Source: Octopus vulgaris
Taxonomy: Eukaryota
NCBI GenBank assembly: GCA_951406725.2
Contig: OX597835.1
Coordinates: 13,578,001 to 13,642,000 of the forward strand
DNA length: 64,000 bases
Reading direction: 5' to 3'
Made by a program: the position numbers and the translations under genes. Positions 54,757 through 64,000 of the stretch are shown one piece after another. The notes under the pieces are model-generated. The model ran no database searches. It worked only from the letters and a program-made list of their open reading frames with translations, and had not been told where the DNA came from. Every line of letters begins with the position of its first letter. Positions within the stretch are counted from its first letter, which is position 1.

Positions 54757-55804
54757 TTATTACTTCTGCCTTAGCAAAGGCTGAGGTATTGTTTTTTAGT
54801 CGTGTTTGTTTGTCCGTGGACAAGATATCTCAAGAACTGCCAAATGGATTCGGATTAAACTTTCAGAGATGTTTGGCCTTGTGACTGGCACGAACTGATT
54901 AGATTTTGGGATTGATCAGGTACCGGACAAGGATTGTGGATTATTTGTTATATTTACTTTACATGAAGTATTACAATCTTAAGTTCACTTTCAAGTCTTT
55001 CTCTGATTATCTCCCTTGACAGCACGCTCATGGTTTCCACATAAGTTTTGGCAGTCTTACTATTTCCAAAGTTTTATTTTCATTTCTCTCTTATTAATTT
55101 TACTCGCGTCTCCATCTTAGTAGAAACTGATGGATAAAGAAATCAAACTACATAACCAAATGGCAGCAGAACTGTTCTGAAATTAAATAGTACCAACATA
55201 TTCAGTATCAATAATAAATTTAATCTATCCCTGACAATTTTTAATTTTACTAATTTTGAATATATTGCTCCTGATTAAAACCTCTTACCTACTTGATAAT
55301 TGCATTGCTAGCTCTGCTTTGAAGGAAGCTGTATTTCTTGGACTCAAGTTTTTGTGCGCAACGATGTTGTTAACAGCACCGTATGCAGGTCCTTTCCATT
55401 TTCTTTCATGCACAGATAAATTTTTCACTACAGACTAGACCCTTAATGGCTGTAAACACACTATCAGTGGATAGACTAAAAAGAGGCCTTCATAGAGGAA
55501 ACTGTCTCTGTTCCCACTGCAGATGACACACACAACATTACAAATATGGCCTCCACATCCACCTTCACATTCCATGACTACCACGGGATCAACCAGGTAC
55601 TGGACAAGGATTCTGGATTATTTTTCTGTTTTTTGTTTTTGACTTAATTTTTGAGAGTGGACAGGTTCATTTTTAATATTCTCATTTGTGAGAGCAGTCT
55701 AGTTTATTTCAGATATTCACATATTAAAAACCATCTCCAACTAATCGTTGAGAGGACGTTAGAGTTGCCTTGGCAGAGGTTTGCACTCTCTCAGTGCTCT
55801 TGGT
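54757..55804 (+). mobile_element. Helentron-associated-like (HINE-like) non-autonomous element with an internal insertion
   Basis: 5' inverted repeat tacttctgcctt..aaggctgaggta, (GTTT)/(GTCC) microsatellite, 3' subterminal ggcagaggt and terminal hairpin gcact-ctctc-agtgc. Confidence 0.6.
55345..55482 (+). pseudogene. Ty3/Gypsy integrase C-terminal (GPY/F) remnant
   Basis: Across frameshifts it reads QVFVRND..LTAPYAGPFHFLSCTDKFFT...NG..SVDRLK. Confidence 0.7.
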
Positions 55805-55805
55805 A

Positions 55806-56104
55806 TTATATTTTATTGTCTTTGCTCAGCTTCTAACACTGGAGATGTACTATGCTGTCAGCTGTTCACTACCAGTGAACTAAGGTAACACCCCTTATTT
55901 TTCAAGCACCATCTTGATTATTTGAGCGGTTCCAAGCAGTGCTGTTTTCTGCGAGTGCTCCTCCCTTATTGCAGCCCCTATTTGTTCCGTGTACTTCTCA
56001 AGACTTTTACTCACTGTCCCCAGGGCTCTGACAATTATTGGTACTATTACCACCTTTTTCAGCAACCACAACTACTTAACCTCCCAATCTAACCTGTTAT
56101 ATCT
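55806..56104 (-). mobile_element. R4/Dong-like (restriction-like endonuclease) LINE 3' fragment abutting (TAA)n
   Basis: RYNRLDWEVK*LWLLKKVVIVPIIVRALGTVSKSLEKYTEQIGAAIREEHSQKTALLGTAQIIKMVLEK*, stop at 55895-55897. Confidence 0.85.
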
Positions 56105-56945
56105 ATTATTATTATTATTATTGTTGTTATTAAGGCAGCAAGCTGGCAGAGTCGTTAGCACACCAGGAAAAATGCTTTCGTCTGCTGCTACTTTCTGAGT
56201 TTAAATTCCGCCAAGGTCAACTTTGCTTCTTATCCTTATGGGGTTGATAAATTAAGTACCAGTTATGTACTGGGGTCAATCTAATTGACTGGCTCCTTCC
56301 TCAAAAATTTCGGGCTTTGTGCCTAGAATAGAAAAGATTATTATTATTATCATTTCAATTCTGTTGGGAGACTCCTGTTTTTTTGTTGTTTTTTTTTTAA
56401 TTTCATTTTTCTGCACATCAATAGCATTAGAAGAATGTGTTTACATTCCTATTTAACCCACAGTAGGGCTTTGTAATATACATATAAATTTATCCCAGTA
56501 TTTTTGATTGGTGCTGTGTTATGCATCTTTAGAAGCAGCCATCACCCAGAAACAAGAATTACTTGGTAACGTGTACCAAGCTATCAGTAACCGTTGTAAG
56601 TACCTGTATAATCATGTGCAGACATGGGGCGCTTTCTTAACCCCCTTGCTCTTTGATCTCTGACCCAGCTGCACATCCAGAATGACAGCAGCTGGAGGGA
56701 GAGAAATAGAGTATCTTGCTCAAGGACATAATGTTGCACCCAGTCCAGGAATTGAACCCTTGACATTATGACTGTCAACTGGACCACCTTAACCACTAGG
56801 CGATGGCACTTTCAGACGTTGCACATCATATATGCGGGTGGGGAGGGAAGGAGGTTGGTTTGATTTTTGATTGATTGGATTTGATTGAACTTGGTTGCAT
56901 TTCGTCATTCACTCATGATTTTTCGTTTTTCAAATTTATTTGCAG

Positions 56946-57045
56946 AGCAATAAAATTAGATTGTAATAATGCAGCCAGTCCTGACCGCTATGGACATTAT
57001 AGAGAAGCAAAATATTGCCAAACTAAGCACCATTGGCTTTGGAAA
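56946..57045 (+). CDS. MGAT2: MGAT2 internal coding exon B: (E)AIKLDCNNAASPDRYGHYREAKYCQTKHHWLWK
   Basis: Acceptor tttatttgcAG and donor GTaagt. 100 nt; its first base completes GAA with exon A. Matches human ALKLGCINAEYPDSFGHYREAKFSQTKHHWWWK. Confidence 0.95.
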
Positions 57046-57130
57046 GTAAGTAGAATTTGCCATTTCCATAAGACATTATTTTGTCACAGAAACGGTCAGT
57101 GTTTTGTCCAAACGTTGATGTTCATCAGTA

Positions 57131-57132
57131 CG

Positions 57133-57171
<39 letters not shown>

Positions 57172-57429
57172 ATATATGTATGTATGTATGTATTATATAT
57201 GTATATATGTATGTATATATGTATGTATGTATATATGTATGTATATATGTATGTATGTATATATGTATGTGTGTGTACATATGTATTTACGTATATATGT
57301 ATGTATGTATGTATATATGTATGTGTGTGTGTATATATATATATATGTATGTATGTATGTATGTATATATGTATGTATGTATATATGTATGTATGTATAT
57401 ATATGTGTATGTATGTATATATATGTATG

Positions 57430-57462
<33 letters not shown>

Positions 57463-57467
57463 GTATG

Positions 57468-57516
<49 letters not shown>

Positions 57517-57531
57517 GTATATATATGTATG

Positions 57532-57566
<35 letters not shown>

Positions 57567-57581
57567 GTATATATATGTATG

Positions 57582-57612
<31 letters not shown>

Positions 57613-57693
57613 GTATGTATATATATGTATGTATATGTATGTATGTATATGTATGTATATATATGTATGTATATGTATGTATATATATGTATG

Positions 57694-57754
<61 letters not shown>

Positions 57755-57925
57755 GTATGTGTATATATGTATGTATGTATATATGTATGTATGTATATAT
57801 GTATGTGTATATATGTATGTATGTATGTATATATGTATGTATATATGCATTTACGTATATATGTATGTACGTATGTATGTATATATATTTATGTATATAT
57901 GTATTTATTTATATGTGTATGTATA
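57131..57925. repeat. (ATGT)/(AT) microsatellite directly downstream of MGAT2 exon B
   Basis: Seen directly. It accounts for the long tail of ORF 56875-57960. Confidence 0.92.
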
Positions 57926-59028
57926 TCTTAATGTTTTTTTATTTTTATGTGAAGTTATAAATAAAAACAATTTTACGTTAATGAACACTAACAGACTGAA
58001 ATTTAGAAGTCACTTTTACCATTTTCCTTCTAAGAATATAAAACACACATACACACACCACACACATACACGCACACATATGTGTGTGTGTGTGTGTGTA
58101 TCATGCTGGTGCCATGTTAAATGTGTCGGCACAGGTGCCATATAAAAATCACCCAGTACGCTCTATGGAGTGATTGGCCTTAGGAAGGGCATCCTGTCAT
58201 AGAAACCATGCCAGAGCATACAATGGGGCCTGGTGCAGCCCCTGACCCTACCAGCTCTGGTCAAACTGTTCGACCCAAGCAGACCGAGTGCAGATTTGAA
58301 TAGCACAACTTTGGTCAACTTTGCCACTTATCCTTATGGGGTTGATAAATTAAGTACCAGTTGCATACTGGGGTAATCTAATTGACTGGCTCCTTCCCCA
58401 AAAATTTCGGGCTTTGTGCCTAGAATAGAAAAGATTATTATTATTATCGTTTCAATTCTGTTGGGAGACTCCCGTTTTTTTTGGGGGCAAGCTGGCAGAA
58501 TCGGTAGCGCGCTGGGCGAAATGCTTAGCGGTATTTTGTCTGCCGCTACGTTCTGAGTTCAAATCCCACTGAGGTCCACTTTGCCTTTCATTCTTTCGGG
58601 GTCGATTAAATAAGTACCAATTACGCACTGGGGTCGATATAATCGACTTAATCTGTTTGTCTGTCTTTGTTTGTCCCCTCTGTGTTTAGCCCCTTGTGGG
58701 TAGTAAAGAAATAGGTATTAAGGAAGGATAGGAAAATATTTGATTTATAAGCCCTAAAATCCACTCCATTATTGTCCATGGGCATATGGCATAGTGGTTA
58801 AGAGCATGGGCTACTAACCCCAAGATTCCAAGTTCGATTCCAGGCAGTGACCTGAATAATAACAATAATAATAATAATAACATCAAAAAATACCTTATGT
58901 ATATATTTTGCTTTTTGTGTTTTGGGGAGAATAATCTTAAATCGCAGTCAAGTGCTGGGGTTGATGGTATCCAGTAAACCACACTACCTTCAAAATTGCT
59001 GGCCTTGATCCTAAATCAGAAACCATTA

Positions 59029-60420
59029 TGTGTGAGTGAGTGTGTGTGTGTGTGAGTATCTGCACATGTGTGTGTGTGTGTGTGTGAGTATCTGCACATG
59101 TGTGAGTGAGTGTGTGTGTGTGAGTATCTGCACATGTGTGAGTGAGTGTGTGTGTGTGAGTATCTGCACATGTGTGAGTGAGTGTGTGTGTGTGAGTATC
59201 TGCACATGTGTGAGTGAGTGTGTGTGTGTGAGTATCTGCACATGTGTGAGTGAGTGTGTGTGTGTGAGTATCTGCACATGTGTGAGTGAGTGTGTGTGTG
59301 TGAGTATCTGTGATGTGTGAGTGTGTGTGTGTGAGTATCTGCACATGTGTGAGTGAGTGTGTGTGTGTGAGTATCTGCACATGTGTGAGTGAGTGAGTGT
59401 GTGTGTGTGAGTATCTGCACATGTGTGAGTGAGTGTGTGTGTGTGAGTATCTGCACATGTGTGAGTGAGTGTGTGTGTGTGAGTATCTGCACATGTGTGA
59501 GTGAGTGTGTGTGTGTGAGTATCTGCACATGTGTGAGTGAGTGTGTGTGTGTGAGTATCTGCACATGTGTGAGTGAGTGTGTGTGTGTGAGTATCTGCAC
59601 ATGTGTGAGTGAGTGTGTGTGTGTGAGTATCTGCACATGTGTGAGTGAGTGTGTGTGTGTGAGTATCTGCACATGTGTGTGTGTGTGTGTGTGTGAGTAT
59701 CTGCACATGTGTGAGTGAGTGTGTGTGTGTGAGTATCTGCACATGTGTGTGTGTGTGTGTGTGTGTGAGTATCTGCACATGTGTGTGTGTGTGTGTGTGT
59801 GTGAGTATCTGCACATGTGTGAGTGAGTGTGTGTGTGTGAGTATCTGCACATGTGTGTGTGAGTGAGTGTGTGTGTGTGAGTATCTGCACATGTGTGAGT
59901 GAGTGTGTGTGTGTGAGTATCTGCACATGTGTGTGTGAGTGTGTGTGTGTGAGTATCTGCACATGTGTGAGTGAGTGTGTGTGTGTGAGTATCTGCACAT
60001 GTGTGAGTGAGTGTGTGTGTGTGAGTATCTGCACATGTGTGTGTGTGTGTGTGTGTGTGAGTATCTGCACATGTGTGAGTGAGTGTGTGTGTGTGAGTAT
60101 CTGCACATGTGTGAGTGAGTGTGTGTGTGTGAGTATCTGCACATGTGTGAGTGAGTGAGTGTGTGTGAGTATCTGCACATGTGTGAGTGAGTGTGTGTGT
60201 GTGAGTATCTGCACATGTGTGAGTGAGTGTGTGTGTGTGAGTATCTGCACATGTGTGAGTGAGTGTGTGTGTGTGTGAGTATCTGCACATGTGTGAGTGA
60301 GTGTGTGTGTGTGTGAGTATCTGCACATGTGTGAGTGAGTGTGTGTGTGTGAGTATCTGCACATGTGTGAGTGAGTGTGTGCGTGTGAGTATCTGCACAT
60401 GTGTGTGTGTGTGTGTGTGC
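59029..60420. repeat. Homogeneous ~36-bp minisatellite (gagtatctgcacat + gtgtgagtgagt(gt)n), about 38 copies
   Basis: Seen directly. It accounts for the 420-550 aa ORFs. Confidence 0.95.
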
Positions 60421-60495
60421 GTATACATGCCATCATCCTCATGTGTTTCGTTAAATTGAAATTAAAGTCAAGCTTGTTTTTTTCCTTCTTTTCAG

Positions 60496-60626
60496 TTATC
60501 TTTTGTATTTGAGGAAATCCGAGTGATGAAGAACTACGAAGGAATAGTATTACTTCTAGAAGAGGATTATTATGTATCAGAAGACACAATTACCGTGTTA
60601 CAGATGTTACAGAACCTCAGGAAAAA
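60496..60626 (+). CDS. MGAT2: MGAT2 internal coding exon C with the EED metal-binding motif: LSFVFEEIRVMKNYEGIVLLLEEDYYVSEDTITVLQMLQNLRK
   Basis: Acceptor ttccttcttttcAG, phase 0, follows exon B in frame. Matches human LHFVWERVKILRDYAGLILFLEEDHYLAPDFYHVFKKMWKLK. The donor GTcagt at 60627 is the likeliest but is less certain than the acceptor. Confidence 0.92.
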
Positions 60627-60782
60627 GTCAGTGAATTCTCATATTCTATTCGTTCTTTAAATGTCTCCCATCCCAGCCTTCATTGCCCTCTCTCTTACAG
60701 GTATTGGATATTACGTTAACCAAGATGGTTCCCTGTATTGGTCATTCCTCTAGCATCTTCCAGAGCCACTGGCATGTCCAAA

Positions 60783-61161
60783 TCTTCTTTATATATAAAA
60801 GTGAAGTTGTGTGTCTGTCTCCTACGATTTAGATTCCTAACTACTCCCACATTTTGCGGTGCAGTTTAACCAAAACCGGGTATCTTATAGTCGAGCCCTT
60901 CTGGGTATTAGTGCGCGTCTACGATGAGTCTACAATTTTAAAAAAAATTTACCATCATTTTTTCCATTTTAATGCATTTTTTTCACTATTATATAAGGGA
61001 AGTAACTCTCTAAAAATGTCTACGAAGAGTCAACGATTTAAAAAAAAATTTACCATCATTTTTTCCCCATTTTTAATGCATTTTTTTGCTATTTTTTGGC
61101 TATAACTCTCTATATAGTTATTTCCCTTACAAACCCGAGCAACGCCGGGCGATACTGCTAG
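60783..61161 (+). mobile_element. Non-autonomous Helitron
   Basis: A|TC 5' end, subterminal hairpin CCCG-agcaacgc-CGGG, CTAG|T 3' end, no TSD. Confidence 0.85.
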
Positions 61162-61384
61162 TGATTAATAAGAAGCTTGTTTTGATGTCTTGTGCTCCTA
61201 CATTTCACACCCTGTAATAACAGCGCTTTGGCTTTTTTGCTGAACCATGACACACAGATCTTAGCTGCAGTGAAATTACGGTTATTTGAGCTGCTAAAAA
61301 TAACTGCCAATTCATACCATGCTAATGAAGAACTGTTTATGTGGTTGCTTGATATACTAAAAACAGCACTAAAAAGATTCGAGC

Positions 61385-62320
61385 AAGATCGTTGCCAGTA
61401 CCGCCTGACTGGCCCCCGTGCCGGTGGCACGTAAAAAGCACCTACTACACTCTCAGAGTGATTGGCGTTAGGAAGGGCATCCAGCTGTAGAAACTCTGCC
61501 AAATCAAGATTGAAGCCTGGTGCAGCCATCTGGTTCGCCAGTCCTCAGTCAAAAACGTCCAACCCATGCTAGCACGGAAAGCGGATGTTAAACAATGATG
61601 ATGATGATGAGCAGTCTAATGCAGGAGCTTCTACTTACATGATTAATCAGCTAGAAGGAGCAGCCAAAACTACTTGAAATCACTTCCTCCTATTATATCA
61701 AAACAGAAATATGAATTACTGGTTAAAGCAGTCCCAAATAGTCTGACGGAAGTTTTTTGGTGACAGGAAATGTGATGGTCAAGACTGGAATGCCTTTGTC
61801 CATAGGTTTACTCAATCAGGGCTAACCTCGAGCTAAACAACTCAACAGATCGTTGTATGTGAAACTGGGTGGACAATGAAGACCTATCTCCGTATTCTTT
61901 TCTTCATTTAACTGGATATAAGCTATATGCTTAATATACACCTATTGCACTATCCGAATCGTGGCCGATGCCAGCGCCGCCTCGACTGGCCCCCGTGTCG
62001 GTGGCACGTAAAAAGCACCATCTGAATCGTGGCCGAAGCCAGTGCCGCCTCGACTGGCTTCCGTGTCGGTGGCACGTAAAATACACCAATCCGACCGTGG
62101 CCGATGCCAGCCTCGCCTGGCACCAGTGCAGGTGGCATGTAAAAAGCACCCATTACACTCTCGGAGTGGTTGGCGTTAGGAAGGGCATCCAGCTGTAGAA
62201 ACATTGCCAGATAAGACCGGAGCCTGGTGCAGCCTTCTGGCTTCCCAGATCCCCGGTCGAACCGTCCAACCCATGCTAGCATGGAGAACGGACGTTAAAT
62301 GATGATTATGATGATGATGC
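61385..62320 (+). mobile_element. Two RTE-type 3' ends; the second carries ~3 tandem GC-rich ~65-bp units
   Basis: ggtggcacgtaaaaagcacc units followed by ttggcgttaggaagggcatccagctgtagaaac and an (ATG)n tail. Confidence 0.75.
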
Positions 62321-62332
62321 ACATTGCACATT

Positions 62333-62363
<31 letters not shown>

Positions 62364-62944
62364 CAGCGGTTTTCATTTAACAGAGTGTGTTTCAAGGTGG
62401 GATTTAAAAGTTATTTCTAACAGGTTGCCCAACCTGTTGTCTGCAGACCTGTACTATGTGGGGGCAGGTGGTGGTAGGGGTAAGGACTTGGTGGTCAGTG
62501 AGCTGTGTACGAAATTCTAAAAGGCTCCAATGCTTTTCATGTAATTACTCAGTTACTCGTATAACTTTTAATTGAGAGATGAAACTGGGGGTAATTGTTT
62601 GTTTCTGTTAATTGATAAAACTGGTTTATTGAATGAATAGACTTTTCAAAAGATTAGGGTCTGTGTGGTGGGGGAGGAGGAGGAGGTGTTGGGGGAAAAT
62701 TCATTTGAATCTAAAAAGGGGGTTTTGGGTAGTGAAAATGTTGGCAGGGTCACTGATGTTGAAGGTCCTTTGTTGGCTTCAGTAAGTGCAGTTATTCAAG
62801 ATGGTGTGGCTATTGCTGTTGGAACTGGTGGCAGCTGTTGGTGCTGCTGTCGCTGCTGTAGTGTGGCAGTTGCTGCTTGTTTGTTTGTTGAGCGAAGCAG
62901 TCTTTGTCCCATTAGTGGGAGAAGTCTGAAATGTGGTCCTTTGC

Positions 62945-63250
62945 TATTCGTAAGACCCACAGAAGAGAAAGCAGGTCAACCCCCGACACCGAGAGCATCG
63001 ACGGATGGATAAATGCGCATCCAGGCTCAGTGGTTGCGTAGGAAGTCGGGGACAAGAAACAGGAAGAAAGAGTGAGAGAAAGTTGGAGTGAAAGAGTACA
63101 ACTGGGGTTGCCACCACCCCCTGCTGGAACCTCATGGAACTTTTGGTGTTTTTGCTCAATAAACACACACAACGCCCAGTCTGGGAATTGAAACTGCAAT
63201 ACTCCGACTGCGAGTCCGCTGCCCTAACCATTAGGCCATTGCGCCTCCAC
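62945..63250 (-). mobile_element. SINE family C, tail type 3
   Basis: Same head and core as 30915-31297, diverging after ctctcactctt.cttcctgtttct. Confidence 0.8.
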
Positions 63251-64000
63251 TGCTGCTGCTGGTGACAGTGATGGTTGCTGCATACATCAATACCAGACCA
63301 ACTGATGCCTTCTGAGAGAATTTGATAGACAGAAATTGCCTGGAAGCCCATCACGTGTGTATGTGAGGGGTGGGTTGTGGTTCCCTCACCACCACTTGTC
63401 AACTGGTGCTGGTTTGTTTACATCCACCTTAACTTAACAGTTCAGCAAAAGAGATTGGTAGAATAAGTGTCGGACTTAACAACTTAAAATTCTGAGGTCA
63501 GTTTATTTGATTAAACCTTTCATGCCGCATGGCCACAGTCCAATGACTGAAAAAAGTAAAAGATAAAAGATACATGTACAGACAAATCACATGGTTCTGG
63601 GTTCAGTCCCACTGTATGGCACCTTGGGCAAGTGTCTTGTACTATAGCCTCAGGCTGAACAAAGCCTTGCAAGTGGATTTGGTGGATGGAAATTGAAAGA
63701 AGCCCATCATGTTGGTATGTTTACATCTCTGTAACTTAGCAGTTCAGCAAAAGAGATCAACAGAATAAGTACCAGGCTTAAAAAACACAATTCCTGGGAT
63801 TGATTTCTTTGACTAAAACCCTTCAAGGTGGTGCTCCAGCATGGCCACAGTCAAATACCTGAAACAATTAAAACAATAAAAGAAAGGCTTGAGCAACCCT
63901 TTTCATATTTATTGATTGAATTGACCCCAGTATATGACCAGTACTCATACCATTGACCCCTTTGAGTTGATTCTGCTAGTGATTTTGTCTAGAATTCTAA

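Noticed and set aside
56875-57960. 361-aa ORF as a single gene
   Set aside because: Only 56946-57045 is coding (MGAT2 exon B). The rest is intron and microsatellite read-through.
58780-58852. tRNA-like sequence with apparent ACT anticodon
   Set aside because: The acceptor and T stems pair poorly and it is embedded in repeat context, so it is a tRNA-derived repeat head. The SINE heads elsewhere were also not called as tRNAs.
58937-60589. 550, 470 and 420 aa minus-strand ORFs, and the array as a possible CRISPR
   Set aside because: A stop-free 36-bp minisatellite. The spacers are just (GT)n variants and the DNA is eukaryotic with no cas genes.
60701-60753. Good-looking acceptor followed by GIGYYVNQDGSLYWSFL*
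   Set aside because: It does not match the expected next MGAT2 segment (C..C..L.LG), and splicing from 60626 gives KYWILR* in the required phase.
61192-61434. 80-aa ORF with protein-like composition
   Set aside because: No motif or convincing splice sites, no MGAT2 similarity, and it runs into an RTE-type repeat.
62520-63012. 115-aa + strand ORF and the Q/P/T-rich opposite strand
   Set aside because: No recognisable domain, stops on the minus strand, and the 3' part is a SINE tail. Possibly decayed retroelement DNA.
41803-63990. Partial matches to conserved miRNAs (miR-29-like at about 41806, miR-210-like at about 48401, miR-7-like at about 63975)
   Set aside because: Short partial matches only, with no full mature sequence or convincing precursor hairpin.

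Overview
AT-rich, repeat-dense animal genomic DNA. The SINE, LINE and microsatellite repertoire looks like a coleoid cephalopod, most likely Octopus (inference). Almost every ORF in the supplied track is a microsatellite or SINE artefact. The only host gene I can identify is a split MGAT2 (GnT-II, N-acetylglucosaminyltransferase II) on the + strand. Three phase-compatible GT-AG exons (33360-33457, 56946-57045, 60496-60626) spell the conserved ...FPGEHPNDCPR...GHYREAK...KHHWLWK...LEED core. The rest of the window appears to be intron. It is filled with several tRNA-headed SINE families, RTE, CR1 and R4/Dong-like LINE ends, mariner and maT remnants, piggyBac- and hAT-type MITEs, a Helitron and a Helentron-like element. 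The most unusual structure is a Penelope-like fold-back element with two hammerhead-ribozyme motifs (46802-47881), one of them in the sense strand of the MGAT2 pre-mRNA. It belongs to a recurring set of fold-back insertions beside (TA)n tracts. I see no evidence for a wholly new multi-gene system. All identifications are by eye and need database confirmation.
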